NCBI GenBank assembly: GCA_965219685.1
Contig: CBDCOH010000002.1
Location: 352,001 to 416,000 of the forward strand
Length of the DNA: 64,000 bases
DNA from: Candidatus Spongiisociaceae bacterium
Lineage (GTDB): Bacteria > Actinomycetota > Acidimicrobiia > Spongiisociales > Spongiisociaceae
Direction of reading: 5' to 3'
Notes under the pieces: generated by a model
Told to the model about the DNA's origin: nothing
Database searches by the model: none
Seen by the model: only the letters and a program-made list of their open reading frames with translations
In this document: in pieces, positions 53,949 to 63,592 of the stretch
How positions within the stretch are numbered: the stretch's first letter is position 1
Layout of the letters: every line of letters begins with the position of its first letter
Program-made: the position numbers and the translations under genes

Positions 53949-54384
53949 GTGCGGAGGGTCGTTCGGAGATCCAATGTAACGAAGAGCGTCTCCTCGACGG
54001 CGTGTTCGACTCCTATGTGAGCACCATTGTCTCCCGCGATGTGTCCGAATTCACCGGGGCTCGCCGGACGCGGGAGATACCTCCGCCGTGAACGAGATAG
54101 GGCGGCGGTGCAGTTGGTCGGATCTCGGGGTGGATCTGTTCCAGTGCCACGACCGCTACGGGCATGGAATCGATCTGGTCTGCGAAACGCCCGACGGTCG
54201 GGTGGTCGCCATCGACGTGAAGGCCGCCGCCACGACCCAGCCAGGCCACGCCACCCGTCTGGCCTGGCGACGTGACAGACTCGGGGACCGGTTCATAGCG
54301 TGAATAGTGTTCTACACAGGGCTCTGTCGTTCCTCCTTGGCGACCGGATCAACCGTCCCCCTTTCGACGCTCTGGAAAGCCTGA
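53949..54384 (+). pseudogene. Decayed AAA+ ATPase/DUF4143 gene (internal deletion, stop, frameshifts)
   Basis: Fragments FDSYVSTIVSRDV and VNEIGRRCSW...GIDLVCETPDGRVVAIDVKAAAT...RDRLGDRFIA*IVFYTG. Confidence 0.75.
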
Positions 54385-54481
54385 CCGAGACTCCACTAGC
54401 CATCGGTGCAACTGCCGGTGGGGTCAGGCCTCGCGATATGGGAGTCGAGGGGTTGTTTGTGGTTGATGATCATCCGGTGCC

Positions 54482-54841
54482 TCAGGGATGGCGGCTCGAG
54501 TACGGCCGAACTCCCCCGGCGAGTACGAGCAGGCACTGGTGGTCGGCCAGCATCCGGCGTATCCGGGGAAGGTGGCGCAGGAGGCGGATCTTCGCCTCGA
54601 TCGGGTCTCTCGCTTCGACGGCCACCAGAACGACATCCCTCTCGGAGGCGAGTCTGCGCAGATCAGGTTGCTCCAATGAATCCCGATCGTAGAACAACAC
54701 TCCCCGGTACCCGCGGTCTGCCGCGGTGCGGATCAGGGCAGAGTCCGGCTCGTCACCGCCTTCCCAGCGGTCCAGCGTTACCCCAGCTGGCGCCTCCTCT
54801 GCCAGGTTCTGGGGCAGGACCGCGTCGTAGAGGAACCGCAC
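54482..54841 (-). CDS. PIN-like protein (VapC45/DUF5615-like)
   Basis: MRFLYDAVLP, EPDSALI, VLFYDRD; directly downstream of the DUF433 gene. Confidence 0.68.
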   Translation of the reverse strand: MRFLYDAVLPQNLAEEAPAGVTLDRWEGGDEPDSALIRTAADRGYRGVLFYDRDSLEQPDLRRLASERDVVLVAVEARDPIEAKIRLLRHLPRIRRMLADHQCLLVLAGGVRPYSSRHP

Positions 54842-54844
54842 GAC

Positions 54845-56290
54845 TCAAGAAGCTGACAGGAGCCGGTAACCGACTCCCACCGTGTCGTCGTAGGCAACGT
54901 TTTCCAGCTGGGGGTAAGCCGACAGAATCGCCTTACGCCCGTTGCGCCGGTCGAGAGCGGCCAGGCTCTTGGCGCTGATTCGGTGGCCCTTCAGATGGGG
55001 TGTGCCGTGGAATACCGAGGGGTGCAAGGGGGTGTTGGGACCGACGATCGGCAAGGCAGGGGCCTTACCGTCGCCGTACGAGAATGGGCGGAACGCGTCG
55101 TCTATATCAGTTATCTCCAGGCCGAGGGGCCGCTGGCCGGTTTCCACATTTGCCCACCCGTCACCGCGGTCCACCAGCACGGCCCCCTCCGATGTCACAC
55201 CGAGCTTGACCGCTCTCCTGTCGCCGGCGAACCGCGCTAGAGCGGGAACCACATTGCTCGACACCCTCCGAGGCGAAACCGACTTGAGGTACGACCAGGT
55301 GCGGAACGCCACCAGATCGCGAAACGCCCAGCGGATCGGGTCGGATGAAAGCGGGGTGAGCCGGTCGAGCAGCCGCAGGCGGTCGAGCGGCGACCGCAGT
55401 GATCCCGAGAGGAAAGCAACGTCCTTGGTGCTGTAGACACCGGCCATGAAGATCTCGGGATCCCACAGGTTGTCGCTGATCTCGGCGGGGAACTTGTCGA
55501 ACCGGAGTTTCTGCGGGCCGGAAAGCGAGGCGTCGATCCGGCGCAACAGCAAGCCGAGTTTCCGGTCGTCCTCCGGGAGGGGGTCCGGGATTATCCGGGC
55601 CTCCGAGAACCTCGGAAAGGCGCTCAAGACCCGGGTCCGGGTCCGGGGACGGCACAACAAGACGGTCTGCGATCCGAACCACATCGGGATGTCGGACTCC
55701 GGCGCCAACCGGCGCACTACCGCGCCCGCTTGGTCGAGGCTTATGGCGAGTCGCAACGATCGAAGAGCGTTGAAGCCTTGATCCAGCACCACGACCGGGG
55801 AGAGTGGGAACGGGATGTTGTCGCTGGGGGCACCCGGCCAGCTTTGCCAGTACAGGTAGTTCTCTTCGGCCGTCTCGGGAACCGTGGCAGGATCGACCCG
55901 GATCAGTCCGGTGCGGTCGGATCCCATCATGCCGGCGATTCGGCTCCTGAGGGGCTGATCGACGGCCGGGTTGCCGCACAATGTCGCCGCAGCCAGCAAC
56001 AGGTCAGGATCGTTGGTGGAAGTGGCCAGATCGGTGACGAAAGGGGCCGCTTCGAAGAGATCCAGACGAACGGCCATCTCAGCGGCGAAGCGCAATCGCT
56101 CCGTATCGGCGCGCAATAGCGGCATGACCTCACCGATAGCTCTGGGGAGGGACTCGGCATGGGCGACAGTCAAGCCTTCGACGAGATCGGTCATCGTCGA
56201 GGCAAGTGACCGTGACCGAGGCGCCGTGCTGCTCAAGGCATGCAGCACCGCAGAGAACAGACCGGGCGAAGGTTGTTTCACGGTCGCCAC
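54845..56290 (-). CDS. Large protein with C-terminal HTH + DUF433 (VapB45-like) and an unknown ~280-aa N-terminus
   Basis: GVYSTKDVAFLSG, WAFRDLVAFR, HPSVFHGTPHLKGHRI...ILSAYPQL; GGAGG RBS. Confidence 0.72.
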   Translation of the reverse strand: MATVKQPSPGLFSAVLHALSSTAPRSRSLASTMTDLVEGLTVAHAESLPRAIGEVMPLLRADTERLRFAAEMAVRLDLFEAAPFVTDLATSTNDPDLLLAAATLCGNPAVDQPLRSRIAGMMGSDRTGLIRVDPATVPETAEENYLYWQSWPGAPSDNIPFPLSPVVVLDQGFNALRSLRLAISLDQAGAVVRRLAPESDIPMWFGSQTVLLCRPRTRTRVLSAFPRFSEARIIPDPLPEDDRKLGLLLRRIDASLSGPQKLRFDKFPAEISDNLWDPEIFMAGVYSTKDVAFLSGSLRSPLDRLRLLDRLTPLSSDPIRWAFRDLVAFRTWSYLKSVSPRRVSSNVVPALARFAGDRRAVKLGVTSEGAVLVDRGDGWANVETGQRPLGLEITDIDDAFRPFSYGDGKAPALPIVGPNTPLHPSVFHGTPHLKGHRISAKSLAALDRRNGRKAILSAYPQLENVAYDDTVGVGYRLLSAS

Positions 56291-56511
56291 TCGAGGCCTC
56301 CGAGGGCAGCGGTCGGAATGTCCCGGTCTATGCGCTCATCCGGAACATCTCCCGGTGACCATTGCAGTAACCGGCCAGGTATCACGTCGATCCCGAGCGG
56401 TGCGCGTATCTCGACACCGGTAGCGTCCATTCTCTCCGCCGGAAAGACCATCACGATGTAGGGCGGCTCGTCGTCGATCCGCAGCCTACGCCTCGTCTGG
56501 ATGCCGTCCAA
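56278..56511 (-). CDS. Hypothetical small ORF overlapping the DUF433 gene start (possibly truncated)
   Basis: Operonic overlap only; no recognisable motif. Confidence 0.3.
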   Translation of the reverse strand: MDGIQTRRRLRIDDEPPYIVMVFPAERMDATGVEIRAPLGIDVIPGRLLQWSPGDVPDERIDRDIPTAALGGLEWRP

Positions 56512-56605
56512 GCCCGAGATCCGAGTGATCCCGGGTCATTCTGTCACTAGGACCACATGGCCAACCTCCAGTGGGGTTGTCCGGCTACCCGGATCTTACC
56601 GCAGG

Positions 56606-56625
56606 CGAACAGATGTTCGAGTATA
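56606..56625 (-). promoter_or_regulatory. Perfect LexA box CGAACAGATGTTCG (56606-56619) immediately downstream of a minus-strand TATACT -10 (56620-56625)
   Basis: Same consensus as the boxes at lexA in this window. Confidence 0.72.
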
Positions 56626-56901
56626 CCGGGTCTCCGTGACATGCGGGAGGTGAATCCTGTTCGGCCTCCCCCGGGCAAGCATCAACGAGAGGAAGGAATC
56701 AGTATCCACTTGTGTTGTGGAGGGTCTGGCAGGCTTCGAGCGGTCGGGCCGGCCCTAGCTCTCCGACCAGCCGCCGGAACGAGGCGCTAGAAGTCGTGTG
56801 CTGTGATCCGCGTGCGGCTGACTGCCTCGCCGAACGTTGGAGTCCGAAAACCACCCGCCTTCGGATAGAAGTACACCACCACGGGATCCGATACGAACAC
56901 C

Positions 56902-57045
56902 ACCCCCAAGCAGCATTGCGTCGATCAGTCGCCGGCGGTGGCGGCGCTGCGGGCCGGTGCAGACCGCCTTCTCTCCGACCACGAGTCGCTCGGGCTCCTG
57001 CTTGAATCGCTCGTCATTAGATATCTGCGCTTCCATTCTGTGTGA
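56902..57045 (+). pseudogene. Second AAA/DUF4143 fragment
   Basis: TPKQHCVDQSPAVAALRAGADRLLSDHESLGLLLESLVIRYLR resembles the PK..F.DP...FESLV.R.LR region of DUF4143. Confidence 0.6.
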
Positions 57046-57179
57046 GGGTGAAGCGCGGCACGGACCACCTGTCGGACCTTCAACTGAACCGGACGACGTA
57101 GAGCACGTCACACCGACAGGCTGCTGCCGCCGAACCCGCCCGCAACGTCTTATCGAATCCCTGCCGGTAGGGTCCGATC

Positions 57180-58766
57180 ATGAGCGAACAACAGCACTCC
57201 TCGATCACTCGCCTTTGCGATGTGGCTGTCGTGGGCGGCTCAGCCGCCGGGCTGGCTGCAGGGCTGCAGGTCCAACGCCAGAACCGTTCGGTGATCGTCA
57301 TCGACAGCGGCGAACCCCGTAACGCGCCGGCAACCCACACGCACGGATACCTCGGCTACGACGGCGTACCCCCTACCGAACTCGTCGTCGCCGGCAGGGC
57401 GGAACTCCGCAAGTACGGTGGCGAGATTCTCACCGGCCGGGTCACCGCGGTCGACCACGAACCGGGAGTCGGTTTCCGGGTTGAGGCCGGACCAAGGCTG
57501 ACCGTGCAGGCCCGCCGGGTCGTCGCCGCCACCGGCGTTACCGATGAACTTCCCGCTGTCGACGGAATCGAGCGGCATTGGGGCACGTCAGTCCTGCACT
57601 GCCCGTTCTGCCATGGCTACGAAGTCCGAGGGCAACGCCTGGTCCAGATCATCACCCACCCGGCCGGGTTGCATCCGGCGCGCCTCTTCGCCCACCTCAG
57701 CGACCGGCTAACCCTCCTCATTCCCGCCACCGTCGAGGTCGATTCCGGCGAATTGGCTCCGCTCGAGGCCGGTGGAGCCGCTGTGGTGCAGGGCGACGCG
57801 CAGCGGATCACCGAAGGACCGCACGGCACGCTGACGGGCATCGAACTCACCGACGGGCGTCATCTGGCTGCCGACGCCGTCGTGGTGACCACCCGCATGC
57901 GGCCCCGGATCGAACCGTTCGTCGGTCTGGGGCTGGCCACCGAGGCCCACCCGATCGGTGTGGCCGACTACGTTGCCACGGACACAACCGGCGAGACTTC
58001 TGTCGACGGTTTGTACGCGGCCGGCAACCTCACCGACCCGAGCCAGCAAGTCCTCTCCGCAGCCGCGAACGGCAGCCACGTCGGGGCTGTGATCGCCCTC
58101 GACCTGGCCACCGAGGACCAAGCCACCGGCGAGCGTCCGTCATCTACGGAGGTTGAATGGAACGCCCGCTACTCCGGCGATGAGGTGTGGAGTGGTGCGG
58201 CCAACGGCACCCTCATCGCTGAGATCGGATCCATGACACCCGGCAGAGCACTCGACATCGGCGCCGGCGAAGGAGGCGATGCCCTATGGCTGACCGAACG
58301 AGGCTGGGACGTGACCGCAACGGACGTGGCCCGCGCCGCACTCGAGCACGTCGCAGCCAAGGCCGCCGCCCGCGGCGCCGAGATCCGATGCCTGGCAGTC
58401 GATGCCAACGCTCGAAACGCGTTCGGCGACGACACCTACGACCTCGTCTCGCTGTTCTACTCGGCCATACCAAGCACAGCCGACGACCGGGGGATCACAA
58501 ACATCGTGAACGCAGTCGCTCCCGGCGGTACGCTTCTCATGGTCGGGCACGCACCCCCACGCCCGGACGCTCCGGCACAAGACGACCACGTCGCAGCGTG
58601 GGATCGGGCATCATTCGTCGGCGTCGACCACGTCGAGGCTGCTATCCAATCGGCACGAGGTTGGACCATCGTGACAAGCGAGGTTCGAGACAGGCCGCCC
58701 GGGTCGTCGACCCATCACCATCACGACCAAGACGTCGTCTTCCGCGCACAACGAGACGATGCCTGA
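57180..58766 (+). CDS. Bifunctional TrxB-like FAD oxidoreductase / class I SAM methyltransferase
   Basis: VGGSAAGL, HCPFCHGYE, GLYAAGN; ALDIGAGEGGDALWL. Confidence 0.88.
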   Translation: MSEQQHSSITRLCDVAVVGGSAAGLAAGLQVQRQNRSVIVIDSGEPRNAPATHTHGYLGYDGVPPTELVVAGRAELRKYGGEILTGRVTAVDHEPGVGFRVEAGPRLTVQARRVVAATGVTDELPAVDGIERHWGTSVLHCPFCHGYEVRGQRLVQIITHPAGLHPARLFAHLSDRLTLLIPATVEVDSGELAPLEAGGAAVVQGDAQRITEGPHGTLTGIELTDGRHLAADAVVVTTRMRPRIEPFVGLGLATEAHPIGVADYVATDTTGETSVDGLYAAGNLTDPSQQVLSAAANGSHVGAVIALDLATEDQATGERPSSTEVEWNARYSGDEVWSGAANGTLIAEIGSMTPGRALDIGAGEGGDALWLTERGWDVTATDVARAALEHVAAKAAARGAEIRCLAVDANARNAFGDDTYDLVSLFYSAIPSTADDRGITNIVNAVAPGGTLLMVGHAPPRPDAPAQDDHVAAWDRASFVGVDHVEAAIQSARGWTIVTSEVRDRPPGSSTHHHHDQDVVFRAQRDDA

Positions 58767-58910
58767 AGCGACGCACACCCCCAGAGCCGACACGTCCGCT
58801 CCGCCGGTCACAGCGGTGGTCTGCCGACAGTCGGCCACTCCGGTTCGGAGCAGAGCGGGGAGAACCGCCCCGACCGTCCTTCTCGGCGGTTGACGACCAC
58901 CACCGTCTTC

Positions 58911-59055
58911 TGCAGCTACGGCGCGCGGCCTAACGCCGCGGGTTTAGCGCACAGCCAACGGCCGCCCGAGCAAGACCTGGACTCCCGGCTGCGCATCAGT
59001 GGCAAGCCCACGACCCTCGGCCTCAGCCGCCTGCCCGAAGTCGGCCTGGCGCCTC
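58911..59055 (+). pseudogene. Remnant of a tyrosine-integrase arm-type DNA-binding domain
   Basis: Across two frameshifts: YG....AGLA / ANGRPSKTW / SRLRISGKPTTLGLSRLPEVGLA. Confidence 0.55.
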
Positions 59056-59158
59056 GCGGACCGCCGCGCCTGTGGCGCTCCTCACACATATCCCGTACTT
59101 TGACATAAGACATAGTTGTATTAAGATACTGTTCCGGCTTTGAGCAGACCGCTGGGAG

Positions 59159-60403
59159 TCAGTGCCGGTCGTGCTGGAAGGCTTGTCCTCGGCGAGTGGC
59201 TATCGCGGCGGCGAGCAGAGTGATCACTGCGGAGGCCATCACCACGATGCCGTATGCCTTGGGGCTGCCGTCGTTGAACAGGCCCACCGCGGCGCTTCCG
59301 GCGGCCCCGATGGTGAAGCGGACGAAAGTCGAGAACGCCGAGGCGCTCCCGGCCAGGTCGGGAGGGAACTCGTCCAGCACCCCTGCTTGGGTGCCTGGGG
59401 TTACCAGATGGACCATCGACAGCACAGCCGTGGAGGCGGCAACCACGCCGGCGAGACCCCACAGGTCGGTCCGGGTCAGCCACCAGAGCACGCCGGCCAG
59501 ACCAGTCAGGCAGATCGACCCCACCAGGACAACCCTCGGGTATCCGACTCTGGGGATATAGCGGATGTTGAAGGCTTGGGAGAGCCAGGCGCCGAGCACG
59601 GCGACACCGAACAGCGCTCCGAACCATCGCTCCTCCAAGCCGTAGTAGTCGATGTATATGAAAGGGCTGGCGGCCAGGTAGGAGAACAGCACGGCCGCCG
59701 TCGACCCTCCGGCGATCGCGTAGGCGACCGCCCGGCGGGACCGGGCTATCGACGCGTAACTGCGCAGGACCGTGGCCAGGTCCAGCGGGCGGCGTTGCTC
59801 TGGAGGGAGCGTCTCGGGTAGCCGGCGCCACGAAGCGAGGAAGACCAGGCCGCCGATGATGCCCAGCACCACGAAGATGGCACGCCAGCTCCACGCTAAG
59901 AGGAGCACCGCGCCCAGGAAAGGGGCCACAATCGGGGCGCCGAGGATGATCACGGTCAGAATCGACATGGCCCGCGCCAGGGCGTCGCCCGACAGGAGGT
60001 CGCGGAACATACTGCGGGCCAGGGCTATCGAGATCCCGCCGCAGGCCGCCTGGGCGAGCCGGAGGCCGATCAGCATCTCCACCGAGCCGACCGTCGCTAT
60101 CGACAAGCTCACCAGCGAGTAGACGATCAGCGATGCCAGGATCAGCCTGCGACGCCCGATCGCGTCCGAGATCGGTCCGAAGACGACCGGACCCAACACC
60201 ATTCCGAAGATGAACGCGGTGATCGACATCTGGGTCATCCCCGGGGACGCGTCCAAGGACGAGGCGATCCCTGGTAGGGCGGGGAGATACATGTCCACCG
60301 AGAGCGGACCCAGCGCCGCGACCAGACCGAGTATCAGGTAGAGGCCGAGGCTCAGGCGGGACGACCGCGGGCGGAGCGTGCCGCCGTAACTCATGTGGCG
60401 CAT
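59159..60403 (-). CDS. Bcr/CflA-family MFS drug efflux transporter
   Basis: SVDMYLPALP, GPISDAIGRR, LPETLP. Confidence 0.93.
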   Translation of the reverse strand: MRHMSYGGTLRPRSSRLSLGLYLILGLVAALGPLSVDMYLPALPGIASSLDASPGMTQMSITAFIFGMVLGPVVFGPISDAIGRRRLILASLIVYSLVSLSIATVGSVEMLIGLRLAQAACGGISIALARSMFRDLLSGDALARAMSILTVIILGAPIVAPFLGAVLLLAWSWRAIFVVLGIIGGLVFLASWRRLPETLPPEQRRPLDLATVLRSYASIARSRRAVAYAIAGGSTAAVLFSYLAASPFIYIDYYGLEERWFGALFGVAVLGAWLSQAFNIRYIPRVGYPRVVLVGSICLTGLAGVLWWLTRTDLWGLAGVVAASTAVLSMVHLVTPGTQAGVLDEFPPDLAGSASAFSTFVRFTIGAAGSAAVGLFNDGSPKAYGIVVMASAVITLLAAAIATRRGQAFQHDRH

Positions 60404-60694
60404 CCAGACGGGGCGCTACCCGCTCAGCCGGTGTCCGACGGAGCAGGTTGGTCCCCTGACATGGGCCCGTTACGGGGCTGGATGGTCCGGACCCGCCAGG
60501 GGAGAGGTTCTCTGATGTTCACGGACCCCATCCTTGCCCACTCCCTATCGAGTTCAAGCGAGCGCCTACCGCGACTCGATGGTAACCAGATTCAAGGCGG
60601 CCTCCGTGAATGCGTTGCCCGGCTCGTTGCCTACCACCCTGACCGCATGCCCTACGTCCACCGCCTCTCCCCGAAGGGGAACAATGATGGCGGG

Positions 60695-61288
60695 TCAGGA
60701 CCTGGCGAAAAGCAGGAGGTGAGAGATATCGCCACCGTCGGCCTCCCGCAAGGCGGTCCGGTACTCCAACCGGAGCGACCGTGTGTCGAGATCCTGTCGG
60801 GTCCCCCAGGTGAGACGCGGTCGACCGAGCGAAATAGCCAGATAGTCGGCTGCCACTCTCCCATGGCGTCCGTTGCCATTACGGAATGGATGGATGGCCA
60901 CCAAGCGGTGGTGGAAACGGATGGCCGACTCGTCGGGCTCGTAGGTCGCGTAATCGATCCAGGCAAGCGTATCGTCGACCAACGTTCGCACGGCTACACC
61001 GATGCCGGCCGGGCTGATGCCGATGTTGGTCTCGCGTGTTCGATACTTCCCCGCCCCGTTCCAGACTCTGCCGAACATGTGCTTGTGGAGACCACGCAGG
61101 AACCGGTCGTCGAGTAGAGCGGAAGCGGTTGGTGGACGGCGCAGGAGTGCCTCCGCGATGTTGCGCTGCTCGGTTTCGAAGAGATCACCACGGGTCGCGA
61201 TGTGAGTCGGGATGAGACCCTCCGTATCTTCGTCAGACAGGGCGGTTTGACCATCACCATCAGGTGTGGACAGATCGACCATGATCAA
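60695..61288 (-). CDS. Mobile mystery protein B (Fic domain)
   Basis: GLIPTHIATR.DL..EQ.NI, WAG-like WNGAGKYR, IHPFRNGNGRHGR. Confidence 0.9.
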   Translation of the reverse strand: MIMVDLSTPDGDGQTALSDEDTEGLIPTHIATRGDLFETEQRNIAEALLRRPPTASALLDDRFLRGLHKHMFGRVWNGAGKYRTRETNIGISPAGIGVAVRTLVDDTLAWIDYATYEPDESAIRFHHRLVAIHPFRNGNGRHGRVAADYLAISLGRPRLTWGTRQDLDTRSLRLEYRTALREADGGDISHLLLFARS

Positions 61289-61749
61289 CTGTCAGACCAG
61301 AGACCGCGCCGGTCGATGAAACGCTCCGCAAGGTCATCGAGCAGGGCTTCGGTGTCTTCGTCGCTTATAGCCTGATCTTCCAGTCGACTGTGGTGAGCTA
61401 TCGGGCCGAGGTGGTTGGCTGCCTTGCGTCGCGCTCGGGAGCGGACGCTCTCCTCGAGCGACGTACGGGGCACCAAGGCGTACACGAGGTCGCACTCCAT
61501 CGCAGCTGCGGCACGCGCCAAGGTGTTGAGTTGGATCGTAAGACGTTTCTCACTGCGTTCGAGTTCGTGGATGGTCTGCTGGCGTACACCCATGCGCATC
61601 GCCAACTCGGGTCCTGACATTCCCAAAGCGTCGCGGGTCGCCCGGATCCAGCCGCGGTGGGGTGTGAGCCCAGAGGCGACGTCGCGTAGGGGAGCGCATC
61701 GCTGATCGAGTCGTCGGCGGATGGCGATGCGGTCTGGCTTCATGGTCAC
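61285..61749 (-). CDS. Mobile mystery protein A (XRE HTH)
   Basis: GWIRATRDALGMS..ELA.RMGV, LERSE, CDLVYALVP, LEDQ. Confidence 0.9.
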   Translation of the reverse strand: MTMKPDRIAIRRRLDQRCAPLRDVASGLTPHRGWIRATRDALGMSGPELAMRMGVRQQTIHELERSEKRLTIQLNTLARAAAAMECDLVYALVPRTSLEESVRSRARRKAANHLGPIAHHSRLEDQAISDEDTEALLDDLAERFIDRRGLWSDS

Positions 61750-61761
61750 TCTCTACTTTCG

Positions 61762-61842
61762 ACAGGCTGTATCCCGTTTACAGGTCGAGATCTACAGTGC
61801 ACAACCTGTTATTATAGGTAAGACCTACAGGCTATAAGCTGT
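61762..61842 (-). promoter_or_regulatory. Three ACAG-N8-CTGT-type operator boxes flanking a TATAAT -10 (61811-61816)
   Basis: Boxes start at 61762, 61794 and 61827 (spacing 32/33 bp). Confidence 0.6.
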
Positions 61843-62028
61843 TTCTTAGGAATGGACCTTGAGGCTCGGTTCTCCTGGAGATCGCTGGAACTCGGGTTCG
61901 GCTTGCTCCTCGCCACGAACTCTTTGCCAGGAGTGTCTCTCATCACCCGTGATCAACAGTTTGTGCGGGTCTACGGTGCCCTTCGACCGTGATCCTTGAG
62001 GACGATCACCGAAGCGCGCTCGGCTCGC

Positions 62029-63591
62029 CTACCAACGGGTTCCTTGACCAGTCACCTCTTCGACAGGCAGCCTGATCGGGTAGCGGCTACGGATCCACTC
62101 GTCCTGGGCGCGGGTGACGTGCGCGGGGAAGTGGGTGCGCATGACCTTCCTGACGTGTTCGTGGGCGCGCTCGGCCACATTCGTGGCGCCCTGGTCCCGC
62201 CAGTCGTCGGGGCTGTTGCGGTCCCCGATCAGCGGGTAAACGTATTCGCGCTGCATCAGGTGGAGGGTCTGGGCGCTTCCCAGGAAGTGCCCGGGACCGA
62301 AGATGGTGTCGTGGATCACCTGCGCGGAGAGAGTGGAGTCGTCGATGTCGATCCCCCGGATGGTGCGGTTGACAGACCCGAGCATGTCGTTGTCGACGAC
62401 CAGCGCCTCGAGGGAGAAGCCGAGCAGCGAGGCCAGCATTCCAGCGGACTCGTACACGAGATTGGCACCTGCCTGGCCCGCCAGGAGGGTGGTGATGCCC
62501 TTTTCGTAGCCGGCCTGGTTGTCCGGGAGCTTGGAATCCGCCATTCCGGCTGCAACCCCGGAGGGCAGTCCCAGCCAGTTGACGATCTGCGCGGCGGCTG
62601 CGTTGAGGACGGCCTCCTCCCCGGAACCCCCGCTCATGGCGCCGGTGCGCAGGTCCGACACGAACGGCCACAGGCCCATCACACACGGGTGCCCCGGGTT
62701 GATCAGGTTGACGCTGGTCAGAGCGGCCAGGCACTCGGCCAGGGCCTGGACCAGCGACCCCCCGAGTGCAGCGGGGGACGTGGCGCCGGCTTGCCCGGCC
62801 GATAGCAGGTTGATGGGCATTCCGGTCCGGATCTGGGCCACCATGCACTCGGTGGACTCGTAGGCGAAGCGCAGGGGTGGCACCACGAAGGTGTTGTTGG
62901 CTGCGACGAAAGGCCGCCTGCGAAACTCCCCTTCACCTCCGAGCACGTAGTCGTACATCTCTACCACCTCGTAGACATGTTCGGGCCGGAAGAAGGAGGT
63001 TCCCTGCGGCTTGTCGGTGCCCATCATCGTGGCGTAGGCCGTATTGATGTCCACCTCGCGGGACTTCTCCAGATCCCTGGTGACGATGGTCCGTACGAAG
63101 AAGTGGATGTGTTCGAGAGTGTCGATCAACCGGGATGCGTCGTACAGATCGAGCGTGGTTGTGGGCCGGAACGTCCGGTCGTGGTAGTCGAGCATCAGGA
63201 CGGCGGCGCCCGCCGTACCGAAGTGAACCTTGCTGTCGGACAGCTCGATGCTCCTGTCCTCGTCGAGACCGTGCCAGACCCAGGACTTGGCAGCCACCTC
63301 TTCGACTACCCGCTGCACGACGGCCCTCGGATAGTGGAGCCTTCCCTTTTCGTCCAGATGGCCCCCGGCTCCGGTCACCGCCTCCACGAACTCCGGGATC
63401 GGGTCACCCATCCCTACCTCTTCGATGAGGCTCAGCGCCGTGCTGTAGACCCTCTGCATGTCCGATTCGGTGAGAGGGGAGTAGGCGCCTCCCCTGAAGC
63501 CGGGACGGACGGCGCGTTCGTCGGCGGTGGGTCCGGCGGCCCGTGCGGCTACCCGTGCGGCACGTCCTCCTGCTCTTCGTCGGCGTGCCAT
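62029..63591 (-). CDS. mttB: Trimethylamine methyltransferase family protein (non-pyrrolysine MttB superfamily)
   Basis: RRRAGGRAAR N-terminus, FGTAGAAV, QAGATSP, DLRTGAM, DSKLPDNQAGYEK, GPGHFLG. Confidence 0.9.
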   Translation of the reverse strand: MARRRRAGGRAARVAARAAGPTADERAVRPGFRGGAYSPLTESDMQRVYSTALSLIEEVGMGDPIPEFVEAVTGAGGHLDEKGRLHYPRAVVQRVVEEVAAKSWVWHGLDEDRSIELSDSKVHFGTAGAAVLMLDYHDRTFRPTTTLDLYDASRLIDTLEHIHFFVRTIVTRDLEKSREVDINTAYATMMGTDKPQGTSFFRPEHVYEVVEMYDYVLGGEGEFRRRPFVAANNTFVVPPLRFAYESTECMVAQIRTGMPINLLSAGQAGATSPAALGGSLVQALAECLAALTSVNLINPGHPCVMGLWPFVSDLRTGAMSGGSGEEAVLNAAAAQIVNWLGLPSGVAAGMADSKLPDNQAGYEKGITTLLAGQAGANLVYESAGMLASLLGFSLEALVVDNDMLGSVNRTIRGIDIDDSTLSAQVIHDTIFGPGHFLGSAQTLHLMQREYVYPLIGDRNSPDDWRDQGATNVAERAHEHVRKVMRTHFPAHVTRAQDEWIRSRYPIRLPVEEVTGQGTRW

Positions 63592-63592
63592 G

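Noticed and set aside
58925-58950. attC-like GCCTAAC half-site
   Set aside because: No partner GTTRRRY at a suitable distance; better explained as part of the integrase relic.
62029-63591. Pyrrolysine-containing MttB
   Set aside because: The ORF is continuous with no in-frame amber codon.
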